This document shows, one piece after another, positions 40,506-55,175 of a stretch of 64,000 nt of DNA. The position numbers were made by a program, and so were the translations under genes. Origin of the DNA: an uncultured delta proteobacterium (GTDB taxonomy: Bacteria; Desulfobacterota; Binatia; UBA9968); NCBI GenBank assembly GCA_963737905.1, contig CAVTUQ010000019.1, positions 128,001 through 192,000 on the forward strand. The letters run 5' to 3'. Positions within the stretch are counted from its first letter, which is position 1. The number at the start of each line of letters is the position of its first letter. The notes under the pieces are model-generated. The model ran no database searches and had not been told where the DNA came from. It saw only the letters and a program-made list of their open reading frames with translations.

Positions 40506-41963
40506 ATGAGTAAAGAAAACGGACAGCCCCTGAGAGCGGGAAAACTGTTAGTGGTCGATGACGACAGCAATCTCGTGGAGCTTGTTTCTATGAAGCTTCA
40601 GGCGGCGAACTATGAGGTGGCCACCGCCCTTAAGGAGGAAGAGGCCCTCAAAGCCGCCACCAGCGATGTCTTTGACCTTTGTATTGTCGATCTTAAGCTT
40701 TCCGGGCGAAACGGGATCTCTCTAATGACGGAACTGCACTCGGTCAACCCCGAGATGCCGGTCATTATACTGACCGGTCATGCCAGCGTGGAAAGCGCTG
40801 TGGAGGCGATGAAGAAGGGGGCCTACAGCTACCTGACCAAACCCTTTAACACCCCCGAACTATTGTTACAGATCGAGCGGGCGTTGGAGAACCGCCGGCT
40901 GAACTCTGAGATCCAAAGACTGAAGGAGCTTTTGGAGGAGCGATACGATTTTACGAACATCATTGCGAGAAGTGAAGGGATGCGAAAGGTCCTCGACGTG
41001 GTCTCGCGCATCGCCTGTACCGAATCGACGGTATTTCTGCAGGGGGAGAGCGGCACGGGCAAGGAAATCGTGGCCAAGGCCATCCATCTCGCGAGTTCAC
41101 GGAAAAATAAACCCTTTGTGGCCATCAATTGTGCGGCCCTGCCCGCAACCTTGCTCGAAAGCGAGCTTTTCGGTCATGAAAAAGGGTCGTTCACGGGCGC
41201 CAACCGAAGCACGAAGGGCCTGCTCAGCCAGGCCGATGGAGGCACGATCTTCTTGGATGAAATCGGCGATATGCCGGCTTCCCTTCAGGCTAAACTCTTG
41301 CGCGTGTTGCAGGAGCGTGAATTTTATCCCGTGGGCAGCGAGAAGCCGGTTCAAGTCGATGTCCGCATCATCACCGCCACCAATAAGGATCTGCAGGCTG
41401 AGGTCAAAGAAGGCCATTTCCGCGAGGATTTGTTTTACCGGCTTCACGTGATTCCGATTCATCTGCCGCCGCTTCGCGAGCGAAAGGAAGATATCCCGCA
41501 TTTGGCCAACCATTTTCTAAAAATCATTTCCCAGCAGATGAAAAAAGAGGTCAAGGGTATTACCCCCCAAGCGATGCAGAAGCTCATGCTTCACGATTGG
41601 CCGGGCAACGTCCGGGAACTGGAAAATTGCTTGGAATATGCCGTGGCGATGACCCCCCTGGATACGATTACCGAAGAGTTTGTCCTCCAGACCCGGCCCT
41701 CTACCCCGGCGCTATCCCCGCAACAAGAAACCGGCCCCCAGATGCACATCGCGCTCAACGGGCCGGTCAAATCTTACAGGGATGCCCGCTATCTATTTGA
41801 AAGGGATTATCTGGTTAGGCTCCTGGAGCTTTGCGGCGGCAAAGCCAGCGAGGCGGCAAAACTTGCCGGCAAGTGCCGCACCGACTTCTATGAGCTACTT
41901 CGAAAACACGAGATCAAGATCGAAAATTTCAAGGCCGCCCCCAACGTAGCCCATACGGAGTGA
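40506..41963 (+). CDS. Sigma54-dependent response regulator (REC-AAA+-HTH), GlrR/QseF-like
   Basis: GESGTGKE, ESELFGHEKGSFTGA, FLDEIG, LLRVLQE and WPGNVREL. The HTH AAKLAGKCRTDFYELL resembles that of GlrR. Confidence 0.93.
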   Translation: MSKENGQPLRAGKLLVVDDDSNLVELVSMKLQAANYEVATALKEEEALKAATSDVFDLCIVDLKLSGRNGISLMTELHSVNPEMPVIILTGHASVESAVEAMKKGAYSYLTKPFNTPELLLQIERALENRRLNSEIQRLKELLEERYDFTNIIARSEGMRKVLDVVSRIACTESTVFLQGESGTGKEIVAKAIHLASSRKNKPFVAINCAALPATLLESELFGHEKGSFTGANRSTKGLLSQADGGTIFLDEIGDMPASLQAKLLRVLQEREFYPVGSEKPVQVDVRIITATNKDLQAEVKEGHFREDLFYRLHVIPIHLPPLRERKEDIPHLANHFLKIISQQMKKEVKGITPQAMQKLMLHDWPGNVRELENCLEYAVAMTPLDTITEEFVLQTRPSTPALSPQQETGPQMHIALNGPVKSYRDARYLFERDYLVRLLELCGGKASEAAKLAGKCRTDFYELLRKHEIKIENFKAAPNVAHTE

Positions 41964-41982
41964 CGCTCACGGAACCTCGGCG

Positions 41983-44148
41983 TTAAACGGAATTGGTTTC
42001 CAGGTCTTTCGCTTCGCCGGCCTCTTGGTGAGGCAATCCTAACAGCGCCAGTGAGCGGGCTTCCAGCGGATATTCGGTGCCGCCGTGAATAAGCCGCTGT
42101 CGACGCTTGTTTTTCTCTTCTTTGGTGTCGAAGACGACCTGCCAGCGCATCTTACGACGGTGCGCCGGGAGAACAAAGTTAACCGGCTCATGGTGCGCGT
42201 TCAGTAAGATCAGCAGAGTGTCATCTAAAATCCGGTTGCCGCGGGCGTCAACTTCTTCGATGGCGTCGCCGGCAAGCCGCAATCCGAGGCAGCGGGCGAA
42301 TCCGTTGTTCCAATCATCGTCCGTCATTTCTTTCCCATCCGGCTTAAACCAGGCCAGATCTTTAACCTCGGAGCCGCGGATCCTGCGTCCTTGAAAAAAT
42401 ACCCGGCGCCGGAGAACCGGATGTTGGTGAAACAGCCGGATCAACAACCGGGTGAATTCCAACAGGTCCCGTTTCCAGCGATCGAGCTTCCAGTCCATCC
42501 AGGAGATCTCATTGTCCTGGCAGTAAGCGTTGTTGTTGCCTTGTTGCGTGCGTCCGATCTCGTCACCCGCCAGCAGCATGGGAACCCCTTGAGAGAGAAT
42601 CAAGGTCGCCAGGAAATTGCGCTGTTGGCGGGCCCGCAGAGCGATTATTTCTCTGTCGTCCGTGGGGCCTTCTGCGCCGCAATTCCAGCTTAAATTCTCA
42701 TTGTGCCCGTCACGGTTCTCTTCCCCGTTGGCTTCATTGTGTTTTTCGTTGTAGCTGACGAGATCAGCCAGGGTGAACCCGTCATGGGCAGTCACGAAGT
42801 TAATGCTCGCGTAAGGACGACGTCCGCCTCTGCCATAGAGGTCGCTGCTCCCGGTCAGACGCATGGCCAGACCTCCGACCAACCCACCCTCGCCCTTCCA
42901 AAAACGTCGCACGGTGTCGCGATATTCCGCGTTCCATTCGGCCCACAGAATGGGAAAGTTTCCAACTTGATACCCGCCTTCGCCTAAGTCCCAGGGTTCC
43001 GCGATCAACTTCACCTGTGATAGCACGGGATCTTGATGAATAATGTCAAAGAACGCGCCCAGGCGATCCACGGAATGAAGCTCTCGCGCCAGGGTAGATG
43101 CCAGATCGAAGCGAAATCCATCGACGTGCATATCGAGCGCCCAGTAACGCAAGCTGTCCATAATCAGCTGCAGGGTATGCGGGTGAGTCATGTTCAACGT
43201 ATTGCCGCAACCGGTGTAATCCATGTAGTAGCGACGATCCTCAACCAGACGGTAGTAAGAGGCGTTGTCGATTCCCCGAAAGCACAGAGTGGGTCCCAGG
43301 TGGTTTCCCTCGCCGGTATGGTTGTAAACAACATCGATGATGACCTCGATACCTTCACGATGAAGGGTCTTCACCATAGTTTTGAACTCCGCCACTTGCT
43401 CGCTGAGCACTCCCGTCGACGCATAGCGGGCGTCCGGCGCAAAAAATCCGATGGAGTTGTAGCCCCAGTAATTGGTCAGGCCTCGATCCACGAGCGATTT
43501 GTCGGCGACAAATTGATGCACCGGTATCAGTTCAACAGCCGTGATGCCCAACGATTTGAGGTAATCGACGACGGCCGGATGGGTCAAACCGGCATAAGTG
43601 CCTCTCAGCTCTTTCGGCACTTTGGGATGCCGCGCCGTGAATCCCTTTACATGCATCTCGTAGATCAGTGTCTTGTGCCAGGGGATCCGCAGGGGGGCAT
43701 CTTGTCCCCAACTGAAGGCTGCATCTACGACCACGCACTTCGGCAACCCATCGGCACTGTCGCGCTCGTCTAAAGACAAGTCGGCTTCGGGATGTCCTAT
43801 CGTATAGCCGAAGAGTGCATCGCTCCAGCGTATGGGTCCGGCAATGGACTTGGCGTAGGGATCTAAAAGAAGTTTGGCGGGGTTAAACCGGTGCCCTTCG
43901 GCGGGGCTGTACGGTCCATGCACACGATAGCCGTAGAGCTGTCCTGGCCGCGCTTCCGGCAAATAAACGTGCCATACCTGGTCGGTCTGTTCGGTCATCC
44001 GGATTCGCTGCGTCTCGCGGGTTCGGTTTTCGCCGTCGAACAGGCAAAGCTCTACACCCGTCGCATTTTCAGAGAACAGCGCAAAGTTCACGCCGGATCC
44101 GTCCCAGGTAGCTCCCAGTGGATAGGGATTGCCAGGCCATACTTTCAT
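41983..44148 (-). CDS. glgX: Glycogen debranching enzyme (isoamylase)
   Basis: [38 protein letters not shown] and [10 protein letters not shown]. Confidence 0.96.
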   Translation of the reverse strand: MKVWPGNPYPLGATWDGSGVNFALFSENATGVELCLFDGENRTRETQRIRMTEQTDQVWHVYLPEARPGQLYGYRVHGPYSPAEGHRFNPAKLLLDPYAKSIAGPIRWSDALFGYTIGHPEADLSLDERDSADGLPKCVVVDAAFSWGQDAPLRIPWHKTLIYEMHVKGFTARHPKVPKELRGTYAGLTHPAVVDYLKSLGITAVELIPVHQFVADKSLVDRGLTNYWGYNSIGFFAPDARYASTGVLSEQVAEFKTMVKTLHREGIEVIIDVVYNHTGEGNHLGPTLCFRGIDNASYYRLVEDRRYYMDYTGCGNTLNMTHPHTLQLIMDSLRYWALDMHVDGFRFDLASTLARELHSVDRLGAFFDIIHQDPVLSQVKLIAEPWDLGEGGYQVGNFPILWAEWNAEYRDTVRRFWKGEGGLVGGLAMRLTGSSDLYGRGGRRPYASINFVTAHDGFTLADLVSYNEKHNEANGEENRDGHNENLSWNCGAEGPTDDREIIALRARQQRNFLATLILSQGVPMLLAGDEIGRTQQGNNNAYCQDNEISWMDWKLDRWKRDLLEFTRLLIRLFHQHPVLRRRVFFQGRRIRGSEVKDLAWFKPDGKEMTDDDWNNGFARCLGLRLAGDAIEEVDARGNRILDDTLLILLNAHHEPVNFVLPAHRRKMRWQVVFDTKEEKNKRRQRLIHGGTEYPLEARSLALLGLPHQEAGEAKDLETNSV

Positions 44149-44249
44149 CAAAAACCCCCATTATTAGTTTGCGCTGTGCATCATCTTTCGGCGCGCTGAA
44201 CGATCATTGTCGTGATTTCGAGACATCCGAAGGATGTTGTTCGTAGCTG

Positions 44250-44265
44250 TGCAAATCAAAGACCA
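44250..44265 (-). promoter_or_regulatory. Possible sigma54 promoter upstream of glgX
   Basis: The minus strand reads TGGTCTTTGATTTGCA (GG-N10-GC with TTGCA), inside the malQ-glgX gap. Confidence 0.35.
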
Positions 44266-44339
44266 CGAACGATACTATCAAACTATCGTAGAAGACCTTC
44301 GCAACATGGGGACTCGCGGGAAAGGCGGAGTCGAAGGCG

Positions 44340-46447
44340 TTAGGGGGCGCGGCTGCGGATTTCATTGATCGCTTTTAAAATCTCCGTAACCGAATCCATT
44401 TTGCGGATCTCATCTAGCGAAAAGCGCGCTTTGCGTTTCCAGTTGGGCCGTTCCTCCCAGGTCCCGGGCACATTTTGTGGAAACGGTTCAAGCCAGAGAT
44501 CTTCCAGATTCACCAGCAGCAGATAGGCATCCCCGCTCGCCAACTGAGAGAGCCAAGCGCGCAGAATCGCCAGAGGATCCGGCGATTCTCCTTCAAGCCA
44601 GCCGCGCGATTGTAAGTAGGTGGTGAGTGCTTCACGGATGGATGCGCGGTCCTGCTGCGCAATTTGCGCCTCCGGCGGGGATAGAAGTCCAAGCGCAAGC
44701 CGATCCTCAATGTCTTTGCCTTGCCAAAAGCCGGCGAAGGTCGGCGTATCATGAGTGTTCAAGCTCGCCACCGCGTCACGAGCAGCCTCTTGAAGCGCGC
44801 TCTGCGAATCGGCTGTGACGCAGAATTGGCTAACGTACATGCCGTGGACTCGATGTTTGGCCAGGGCTGTATTGACGTACGGCGGCACGGTGCCGAGGTT
44901 CTCACCGACTATTTGGACCCGATTCCGGTGCGATTCCAGACTCAAGATCGCGTAGAATTCTTCAGCCGGATAGTGGACGTACATTCCTTCGCTGGGCCCA
45001 AAGCCGTCAGGGATCCAAAATAGACGGTGGAGTCCCATAACATGATCCATGCGCAGCATTCCCGCATGCTGGAGATGATGCCGCAGACACGCGATATAGT
45101 AGCGATAGCCTTGCTGCCGAAGCCCATCGGGCTGCAGTGGCGGGAAACCCCAGTTCTGACCCTTGGTAAAAAAACTGTCCGGCGGCGCGCCTCCGCTTGC
45201 GTCTAAAGCAAACGCCTGGCGCTCGCGCCAGACATCGTAGCCGTCGCGGTTTACTCCCAGCGGAAAGTCGAGGTAAAGTGCCGGCCCGCCCGCTTTCATC
45301 TTTTCTGCCAGGGCCTGCATCTGTTCTTCGGCCTGCCATTGCACGTAGAGATGATACTGTTTGGCTTTTTCATCGTAGTCGCCCGCTCCCAGCGTGCCAT
45401 CGCGATGGACCCCGGGCCAAAGCTCCCATGGCTTACGCTCGCGCTCCACTTTGGCGCGAAACGCGGCGTAGTCCTGGGCTTGCGGATGAGTCTCAACGAA
45501 ACGTTGGAAAGCTACTCTCCGTTTGGAAGCCCGGTGCAACAGCGTGTGAAGCAGTTCCTCAAGGATCCGGCGCTTAAGCGCCATCATTGGCCGGTATCCA
45601 ATCAAAGAGCCGGCGCGTAAACGCTCGAGATCAGTTTGGAAGCCAGAGGAATGGAGCATTAAACGGGCTGCCGTATTGCGTTGGAGCTCCGTTATGCGCG
45701 TGACATCGAGATAGAATTCGTTCCAAAAAAGACGGCTTACAGGAGCATAGGGGCTCGGATTGAAAGGCTCATCGAGAAATGTCGAAAGTAAGGGCAACGT
45801 TCCCACGAAGTCTCCGCCCATTTGACCTGTAAAATCGACTAATCTTTCGAGGTCGGAAAAATTGCCGGCACCCCAGTTTTTCTCAGAGGCGAGGGCGTAC
45901 AACGGACAGAAAAGACCCCAGAGTTGGGGGTTGACGGTCGATCCGCCATAGGTTTGAAAGATCGAGGACAAAACATAGGAGTCAAAGTTAAGCGCGCCAA
46001 CCTGCAAATGCAGGCGATGGTAACCGAGGGGCAAGGGCCCGGGAAAAACGATCCGGCGCGCCACATAGCACACACCTTCGATGCGGCTTTCTACGGGCTT
46101 TGTTCTAAAGTCGCTCTGGCATTTGCCTTCAACGACCTCGCCGCTTTCCAGCTCGATTCGATACCGAGGCTCCGCCGCCGCGAGCGGGCTCGGCAGTCTA
46201 AGTTTGAGCCGCAGGGGAGCGCCGTCCCAGGCGATGACTACTGGATCAATGGCTCGCTGGATCAGAAATTGCCGGCGCTGGCGGAGCGCGCCGGCAAGAT
46301 CATCCATGCGCTCTACCGGCGCGCCTAAAATGTTGAGCACGCGAAGAATGGCTTCGGGAGGCGGTCGCATCAAATGTCCGATGCCGTCGTGGAGATTAAT
46401 TTGAATGTTGAAGAGGCGAGCGACGTTGTGCAGCAGTTTGCTTTCAG

Positions 46448-46451
<4 letters not shown>
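44340..46451 (-). CDS. malQ: 4-alpha-glucanotransferase (GH77)
   Basis: SPY.P.SR, YLDFPLG, GAPPD.F...GQNWG, RMDH, GENLG, THD and NVPGT. Confidence 0.93.
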
Positions 46452-49825
<3,374 letters not shown>

Positions 49826-49835
49826 AGTGGTCGGC

Positions 49836-51866
49836 TCACATGAAATAATCGAAATCTTGCTCGCGCCGGACATGCGGGCGGACGCGGAAGATCTGGGCTG
49901 GCACGCTGTTGGGATCCAATTCAATGTAGTTGCGCGGGCCGTGCCAGAGATAGCGAGCGTTGGTCAAAAGATCGTGCACCTGAAAGGCCTGTTGGGGATC
50001 AAGCCCAAGTTCTTCCGATGGAAGGTCCAGCCATCCGGACTGAATGTGATGGGGATCCAAATTGACCACGACCACGATGACATTGCTCAGGTCCTCCGTG
50101 GTTTTGCTGAAGGCGATGATCTCCGGGTTGTCGATCGGGTGAAAGCGCAAGTTCCGGTCGCTCTGCAAGGCGCGGTTCTCCTTCCGTATGCGGTTCACGC
50201 GCGCGATCAATTCTCTCAAACTGCCCGATTTCTCCAAGTCCCAGCGCTTGATCTCGTACTTCTCCGAATTGAGGTATTCTTCGCTGCCGGGTTCCCGTGG
50301 AATATTTTCCCCGAGTTCAAAAGCCGCGCCGTAAATACCGTAGCTGGCTCCCAGGGTTGCCGCCAGCACCAGCCGGGTCATGAAAGCCGGCCGGCCGCCG
50401 AACTGAAGATATTCGGTTAAGATATCGGGTGTATTCGGCCACAGATTGGGGCGGAAAAAATCGCTGACCTCCGTCTGAGTAAGTTCGGTAAAATACTGCG
50501 TGAGCTCCGATTTCGTGTTGCGCCAGGAAAAATAAGTATAGGATTGGCTAAATCCCAGTTTGGCTAACCGGTACATCACTTTTGGGCGGGTGAAGGCCTC
50601 CGCTAAGAACAGCGCATCCGGATAGTGTTTTTTCACTTCGCCGATGATCCACTCCCAAAAGGGAAAAGGCTTGGTGTGAGGGTTATCTACGCGGAAAATA
50701 TGCACGCCCTGCTCGCACCAAAATAGCATGACGTTCTTCAGTTCGTTCCAAAGCTCCTGCCAACCTTCTGATTCGAAATCCAGTGGGTAGATATCCTGAT
50801 ATTTTTTGGGCGGATTTTCCGCGTATTGAATCGACCCGTCGGGACGTTTGCGAAACCACTCCGGATGCTCGGTGACATAGGGATGATCCGGCGTGCATTG
50901 AAAGGCGATGTCCAGGGCAATCTCAATGTCAAATTTTTTGGCTTCGGCGAGGAGATACTTGAAGTCCGCCAATGTCCCGAGCTGCGGGTGAATGGCGGTG
51001 TGGCCCCCTTCTTTTGCGCCGATGGCCCAGGGGCTCCCGACGTCGTCGGCGCTGGCCGCAAGCGTATTATTTTTCCCCTTACGGTAGGAGTAACCGATCG
51101 GGTGAATAGGTGGGAGATAGAGAACGTCGAAACCCATTTCTGCGACATAGGGCAGACGCTCCGCACAGTCGCGCAAGGTACCGTGTTGGCCCGGTGTACC
51201 ACTGCAGGAGCGGGGAAACAGCTCGTACCAGGTGCTAAAACGAGCTTTGCTGCGCTCGACGTTGAGCCAAAGTTCTTTGTCATAGGTGGTCGCCCAGCGC
51301 CGGTCGGGATGTTTTTTCATCAACGCCGCAAGCGCATCATCCAGGGCGGCGGCAATCGCTTCAGATGAATTCCCGCTCAAGGCCGCCGCGAAGTTTGTTA
51401 ATAACTGGCGATCTTCCCCTGCGGCGCGCTTTCCTGCCAGCTCGACGAGCGCCGCACCCGCCAACAAATCCTGTGCCACCTCTTGTCCGGCTTTCACTTT
51501 TTTGGCGAATCCCTGTCGCCACGAGTCGAACCCGTCTATCCATGCTTGCACGGTATAGCAGTAATGGCCGATATCGTTGACTTCGAACGTGCCGGTCCAG
51601 CGGTCGTTGACCAGCGGCTGCATGGGAGTCTCGGTCCAGGACGACGCTCCTTCTTTACGGTATAGGAGCAACGCCGAAAGAGTGTCATGACCATCAGCAA
51701 AGATGTCCGCCTCCACGGTGACGCGCTCCCCAACGGTCCTTTTCGCGGGAAACCGCCCGCAATCAATCTCGGGTTTGACGTTTTCAATGACGGCGCGCGA
51801 GCGGCCCTGGCCTAACCTGATCGCCGGCTGTTCGCTCGTGGATTGCAACTTCGAATCTCTTTTCAT
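49836..51866 (-). CDS. glgE: Alpha-1,4-glucan:maltose-1-phosphate maltosyltransferase
   Basis: [44 protein letters not shown] and NTPDIL. Confidence 0.96.
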   Translation of the reverse strand: MKRDSKLQSTSEQPAIRLGQGRSRAVIENVKPEIDCGRFPAKRTVGERVTVEADIFADGHDTLSALLLYRKEGASSWTETPMQPLVNDRWTGTFEVNDIGHYCYTVQAWIDGFDSWRQGFAKKVKAGQEVAQDLLAGAALVELAGKRAAGEDRQLLTNFAAALSGNSSEAIAAALDDALAALMKKHPDRRWATTYDKELWLNVERSKARFSTWYELFPRSCSGTPGQHGTLRDCAERLPYVAEMGFDVLYLPPIHPIGYSYRKGKNNTLAASADDVGSPWAIGAKEGGHTAIHPQLGTLADFKYLLAEAKKFDIEIALDIAFQCTPDHPYVTEHPEWFRKRPDGSIQYAENPPKKYQDIYPLDFESEGWQELWNELKNVMLFWCEQGVHIFRVDNPHTKPFPFWEWIIGEVKKHYPDALFLAEAFTRPKVMYRLAKLGFSQSYTYFSWRNTKSELTQYFTELTQTEVSDFFRPNLWPNTPDILTEYLQFGGRPAFMTRLVLAATLGASYGIYGAAFELGENIPREPGSEEYLNSEKYEIKRWDLEKSGSLRELIARVNRIRKENRALQSDRNLRFHPIDNPEIIAFSKTTEDLSNVIVVVVNLDPHHIQSGWLDLPSEELGLDPQQAFQVHDLLTNARYLWHGPRNYIELDPNSVPAQIFRVRPHVRREQDFDYFM

Positions 51867-52002
51867 GGAAGCGTTGTTTTAGGTTAACATCCTCTTTTCT
51901 TAAGGCAACCAGGGCGCGTGATTCACTTGGGAAAATTTTATCGGCGGGGGAAGTTATAGAGTTCAATATTTTCAAGATGCAAAGTCCTAGGATCCGAAAC
52001 GA

Positions 52003-52064
52003 ATTGAAACGTTGAACCCGGAACCGATTCGATAATCTCAGGGCAGGCATTGAACGTTGAACCG
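52003..52064. repeat. TTGAAC-type short repeat array containing a REP-like TTCGA..CTCAGGGCAGG unit
   Basis: TTGAAACGTTGAACCCGGAACC-gattcgataatctcagggcaggca-TTGAACGTTGAACC, just downstream of cdaA. Confidence 0.5.
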
Positions 52065-52072
52065 CCCGTGGG

Positions 52073-53272
52073 TCAACCCCGGTTGGTGTCGGCGGCTGCA
52101 GGAATTTTCTTGACGAAAAGTCTAAGGGTAGAGGGATTGAGTTCCTGCAACGTCAATTCTTTGGGGTAGCGGATGTTCTGTTCTGAGATGTTGAAGGTTC
52201 GCCGGCCCATCTCCGCCATCGAAACGTCGATAGCAACTCTTATTTTTCTTGCGTCAAAAAGATAGAAAGCTCGGCGCGGGCCGCTAAAAGTCGCATTGAC
52301 GACAGGCGGCTCGATTTCTTCAACCCGTAGATCCGCAGGGAGATTCTCCACGCTCACCGGAATCCGGTAGCTGACTTGGACCGTTTTTGAACCCGGTACG
52401 AAGATGTACCAAAAGCCGATGGCTAAGGAGAGAGAGATGGCCTTGGCGATCCAGTTCTCTCTGAAAAACTGCAGTGAGAGATTGCTATGCTGGGCGGAAG
52501 GGAATTTCGTCCGCAAAAAGCTATCGATCACGGCGCCCAGCTGCTGCAGATTCTCGACCTCTCGAAGCTGGCCGTCTCTGGCGACGGAGATGGTGCCTCG
52601 CTCCTCGGAAACCACGATGCACAAAGCATCCGTCAACTCGGCCAGACCCAGGGCTGCGGAGTGTCGCGTGCCGACATTGGCGAGCTGTGTGAGATTCTTC
52701 GAAAGCGGCAGATGGGCAGCGAAACGGGTGATGCAGTCTTGCTCCACTAGAACGGCCCCGTCGTGACCCGGAGAATGAGGATCGAAGATGCTCCTCAGTA
52801 ACGGTCCGCTGAGTTTTCCATCGAGAGGAATGCCCCCGGTGATGTGTCGCTCGAGCGGGTCGTTGCCACGGATCACAATCAGAGCGCCGACGTGTTCCTT
52901 GGCCAGATCCGACAACGTGCGCACCAGGGTATCTGAAGTGTGGGAGCCGAGGGCCGGGACTCGTTTTCGGGCCAGACTCCAAACGGCGATTCGTTCGAAG
53001 AACTGGCGCAGCTCCTCCTGAAAGATCACGACGATCATGATTAGGAAAATAGCGAAGAAGCCCTGAAAAACCCACGCCGTCATTTGCAGGTCGAGGTAGC
53101 GAGCGATAATGTAAATGCCTCCCAGAATAAGGATGCCGCGAACGACGAAAGCGGCCCGCGTGCGGCGCGCCCAAACGATGGCCGTGTAGAACAGCACCGC
53201 CACGAAGATGATGTCAACGATCTCCGCAAAGGTGATGGTCGGAAACGGATTGATGATAGCGCTGTCACCCAT
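52073..53272 (-). CDS. cdaA: Diadenylate cyclase CdaA fused to a YbbR (CdaR-like) domain
   Basis: N-terminal TM helices with IFQEELR, then GALIV, HDGAV, GTRHSAA and VSEERG.IS. A further TM helix (NW..KAISLSLAIGFW) and a YbbR-like domain (IPVSVENLP) follow. Confidence 0.88.
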   Translation of the reverse strand: MGDSAIINPFPTITFAEIVDIIFVAVLFYTAIVWARRTRAAFVVRGILILGGIYIIARYLDLQMTAWVFQGFFAIFLIMIVVIFQEELRQFFERIAVWSLARKRVPALGSHTSDTLVRTLSDLAKEHVGALIVIRGNDPLERHITGGIPLDGKLSGPLLRSIFDPHSPGHDGAVLVEQDCITRFAAHLPLSKNLTQLANVGTRHSAALGLAELTDALCIVVSEERGTISVARDGQLREVENLQQLGAVIDSFLRTKFPSAQHSNLSLQFFRENWIAKAISLSLAIGFWYIFVPGSKTVQVSYRIPVSVENLPADLRVEEIEPPVVNATFSGPRRAFYLFDARKIRVAIDVSMAEMGRRTFNISEQNIRYPKELTLQELNPSTLRLFVKKIPAAADTNRG

Positions 53273-53479
53273 AGCTCAAGAGTAAGGTACCACGTTTTAC
53301 GGCTTGAAGAAATTACCCCCTCAGATTTCTGTCGCGTTGACTGTCGCGTCTCTTCCGTTTGCGGCTTATGCTACCTAATTTCCTAGATCGGCGGGCTTAG
53401 GATTACGATTGCGGTTAGGGTTGAGTAGCACGCCAAGGAGATGAAATAGTGGAATCGGGAATATTGGAATAGTAAAATC

Positions 53480-54850
53480 GTGAACGGACTGCTTCAACAA
53501 TTAAGGTTCCATTCCTTCCTTCGTCTCGTTTTTCTGCTCCGGCTCGCATTATTTTTGGGTGTGGGGATTTCCGCAGCGGCGCACGGACAGACAAATCCTC
53601 CATCTTCGATGCGTTGTCCATCTCCCGCCGACCCACGGCAATTGTATTTCGAATGCAGGGGCCGGCCGTTTGATTTCATCGAAGAAACGCTGACCAAAGA
53701 CTGGGCGGGACTTCGAACCGAATTGAACCGGCTTGGGATCATGCCAACCGCCTCATATACGGCCCAGGTCATGGGAAACCCCGGTGGCGGACAGTCGCGC
53801 GGATTCACCTACAGCGGGACATTGCAGGCCTCGATCAATTGGGACCTCCACAGGCTCCTCGGCATTCCCGGACTTTCGCTCAACATTGGAGGCGCCTGGT
53901 CCACGGGCAAAGACCTTTCCGCCGATTATATCGGGAATATCTTTACGGTTCAGAGCGCGTACACCGCTCCGGATAGCGGCACGAATAATCTCACCTTAGG
54001 CGAGCTCTATTTACAGCAGCGGTTGTTTAACGATTCACTCGTGATCGCGGCTGGACGCCTGGCGCCTGGGACCACCTTTGTTCTCATGCCGGTGCTCAAT
54101 AATTATGTTAACGCGGCCATCAATCCTGGCTTGTTCGCTCTCGGCATCAACGACGCGTCGTTTACGTTCTATGCCCCTGGCGTGGAATGGGGCGCTCAAG
54201 CGATCTACAACATTACCCCAGCGCTGCAGTTGGCGGCAGGAGCGTTCAACACCAACCAGAGTTCCGCTCTGGGTGGTAAGGGTGGGGTTAACTTCGCGTT
54301 CCAGCAAGGCAACCGGGGCGCGCTATCGGTGGTGCAGTTGAATTACCTCCTAAACGACGCGCCGGGGGATACGGGTTTGCCGGGGCAGTATAGTTTCGGC
54401 GGCTTCTACGATAGCAACAGATTTACCAGTCTCAGCAACCCTAACGTCGCCAAGAGCGGCACCTACAGCATCTACGGCATGTTTCAGCAGATGGTTTACC
54501 GCGATGGAGGGACCGGCAGCCAGAAAGGCCTAACGGTTTGGGCGGAAACCGCCCTCGCGCCTAAATCAAGAGTCAACACCATGCCCTATTTCATGGGTGG
54601 TGGTGTCAGCTATCGGGGCCCGCTTCCCGGGCGCGAGAACGATATTGCCGCGGCAGGAGTGATTTACGGGACCTTCAGCCGTTACATTCCCCGCACAACG
54701 GCCGAGACGTTGATTGAAATGAATTACCAGGTCACCTTCAATCGCTGGCTCTCGATAACGCCCGATGTGCAGTATGTAATCCGGCCGAGCGGCACCAGTG
54801 CAATCAAAAACGCATTTGTATTGGGCACGCAAATGGCGATTGTTTTTTAG
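53480..54850 (+). CDS. oprB: Carbohydrate-selective porin, OprB family
   Basis: TLTKDWAGLR..L...G, GNPGGG, RGPLPGREND, E.NY, TPDVQYVIRP and a C-terminal Phe. Confidence 0.9.
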   Translation: MNGLLQQLRFHSFLRLVFLLRLALFLGVGISAAAHGQTNPPSSMRCPSPADPRQLYFECRGRPFDFIEETLTKDWAGLRTELNRLGIMPTASYTAQVMGNPGGGQSRGFTYSGTLQASINWDLHRLLGIPGLSLNIGGAWSTGKDLSADYIGNIFTVQSAYTAPDSGTNNLTLGELYLQQRLFNDSLVIAAGRLAPGTTFVLMPVLNNYVNAAINPGLFALGINDASFTFYAPGVEWGAQAIYNITPALQLAAGAFNTNQSSALGGKGGVNFAFQQGNRGALSVVQLNYLLNDAPGDTGLPGQYSFGGFYDSNRFTSLSNPNVAKSGTYSIYGMFQQMVYRDGGTGSQKGLTVWAETALAPKSRVNTMPYFMGGGVSYRGPLPGRENDIAAAGVIYGTFSRYIPRTTAETLIEMNYQVTFNRWLSITPDVQYVIRPSGTSAIKNAFVLGTQMAIVF

Positions 54851-54862
54851 AAAATCAAAATG

Positions 54863-54950
54863 TCTCCCGCAAAGGCGCAAAGCATATCCTGAGTGAAATC
54901 GAAGGGAGCGCCAAGGGTGATAAGAGGTTTCTTTTGGGGGCTTGGCGCGA
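54863..54950. repeat. CGCAAAG/CGCCAAG...CTTGGCG intergenic element with a nested CCTGAG..TCGAAGGG REP-like unit
   Basis: CGCAAAGGCGCAAAG-[catATCCTGAGTGAAATCGAAGG]-GAGCGCCAAG ... CTTGGCGCGA, immediately after oprB. Confidence 0.55.
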
Positions 54951-55175
54951 CAATCTGGGTTTCAGATCTTGCTTCGTGTCCCGGCAGCAAGATCTGCCCG
55001 CAAATCGAGATCAGGTTGACATGAAAGCTCGATAACGGATAGGCTCCGAAAAAAATCGAGTACGGGACCAGATCGCTTTCTCCTGATAGCTGCTGGAGCT
55101 TTTCGAACCATGCGTACATCGGATCATCGCAGCAATGGGTTGTTGGTGACTGACACTTCAAAAGGAGCTTACATA

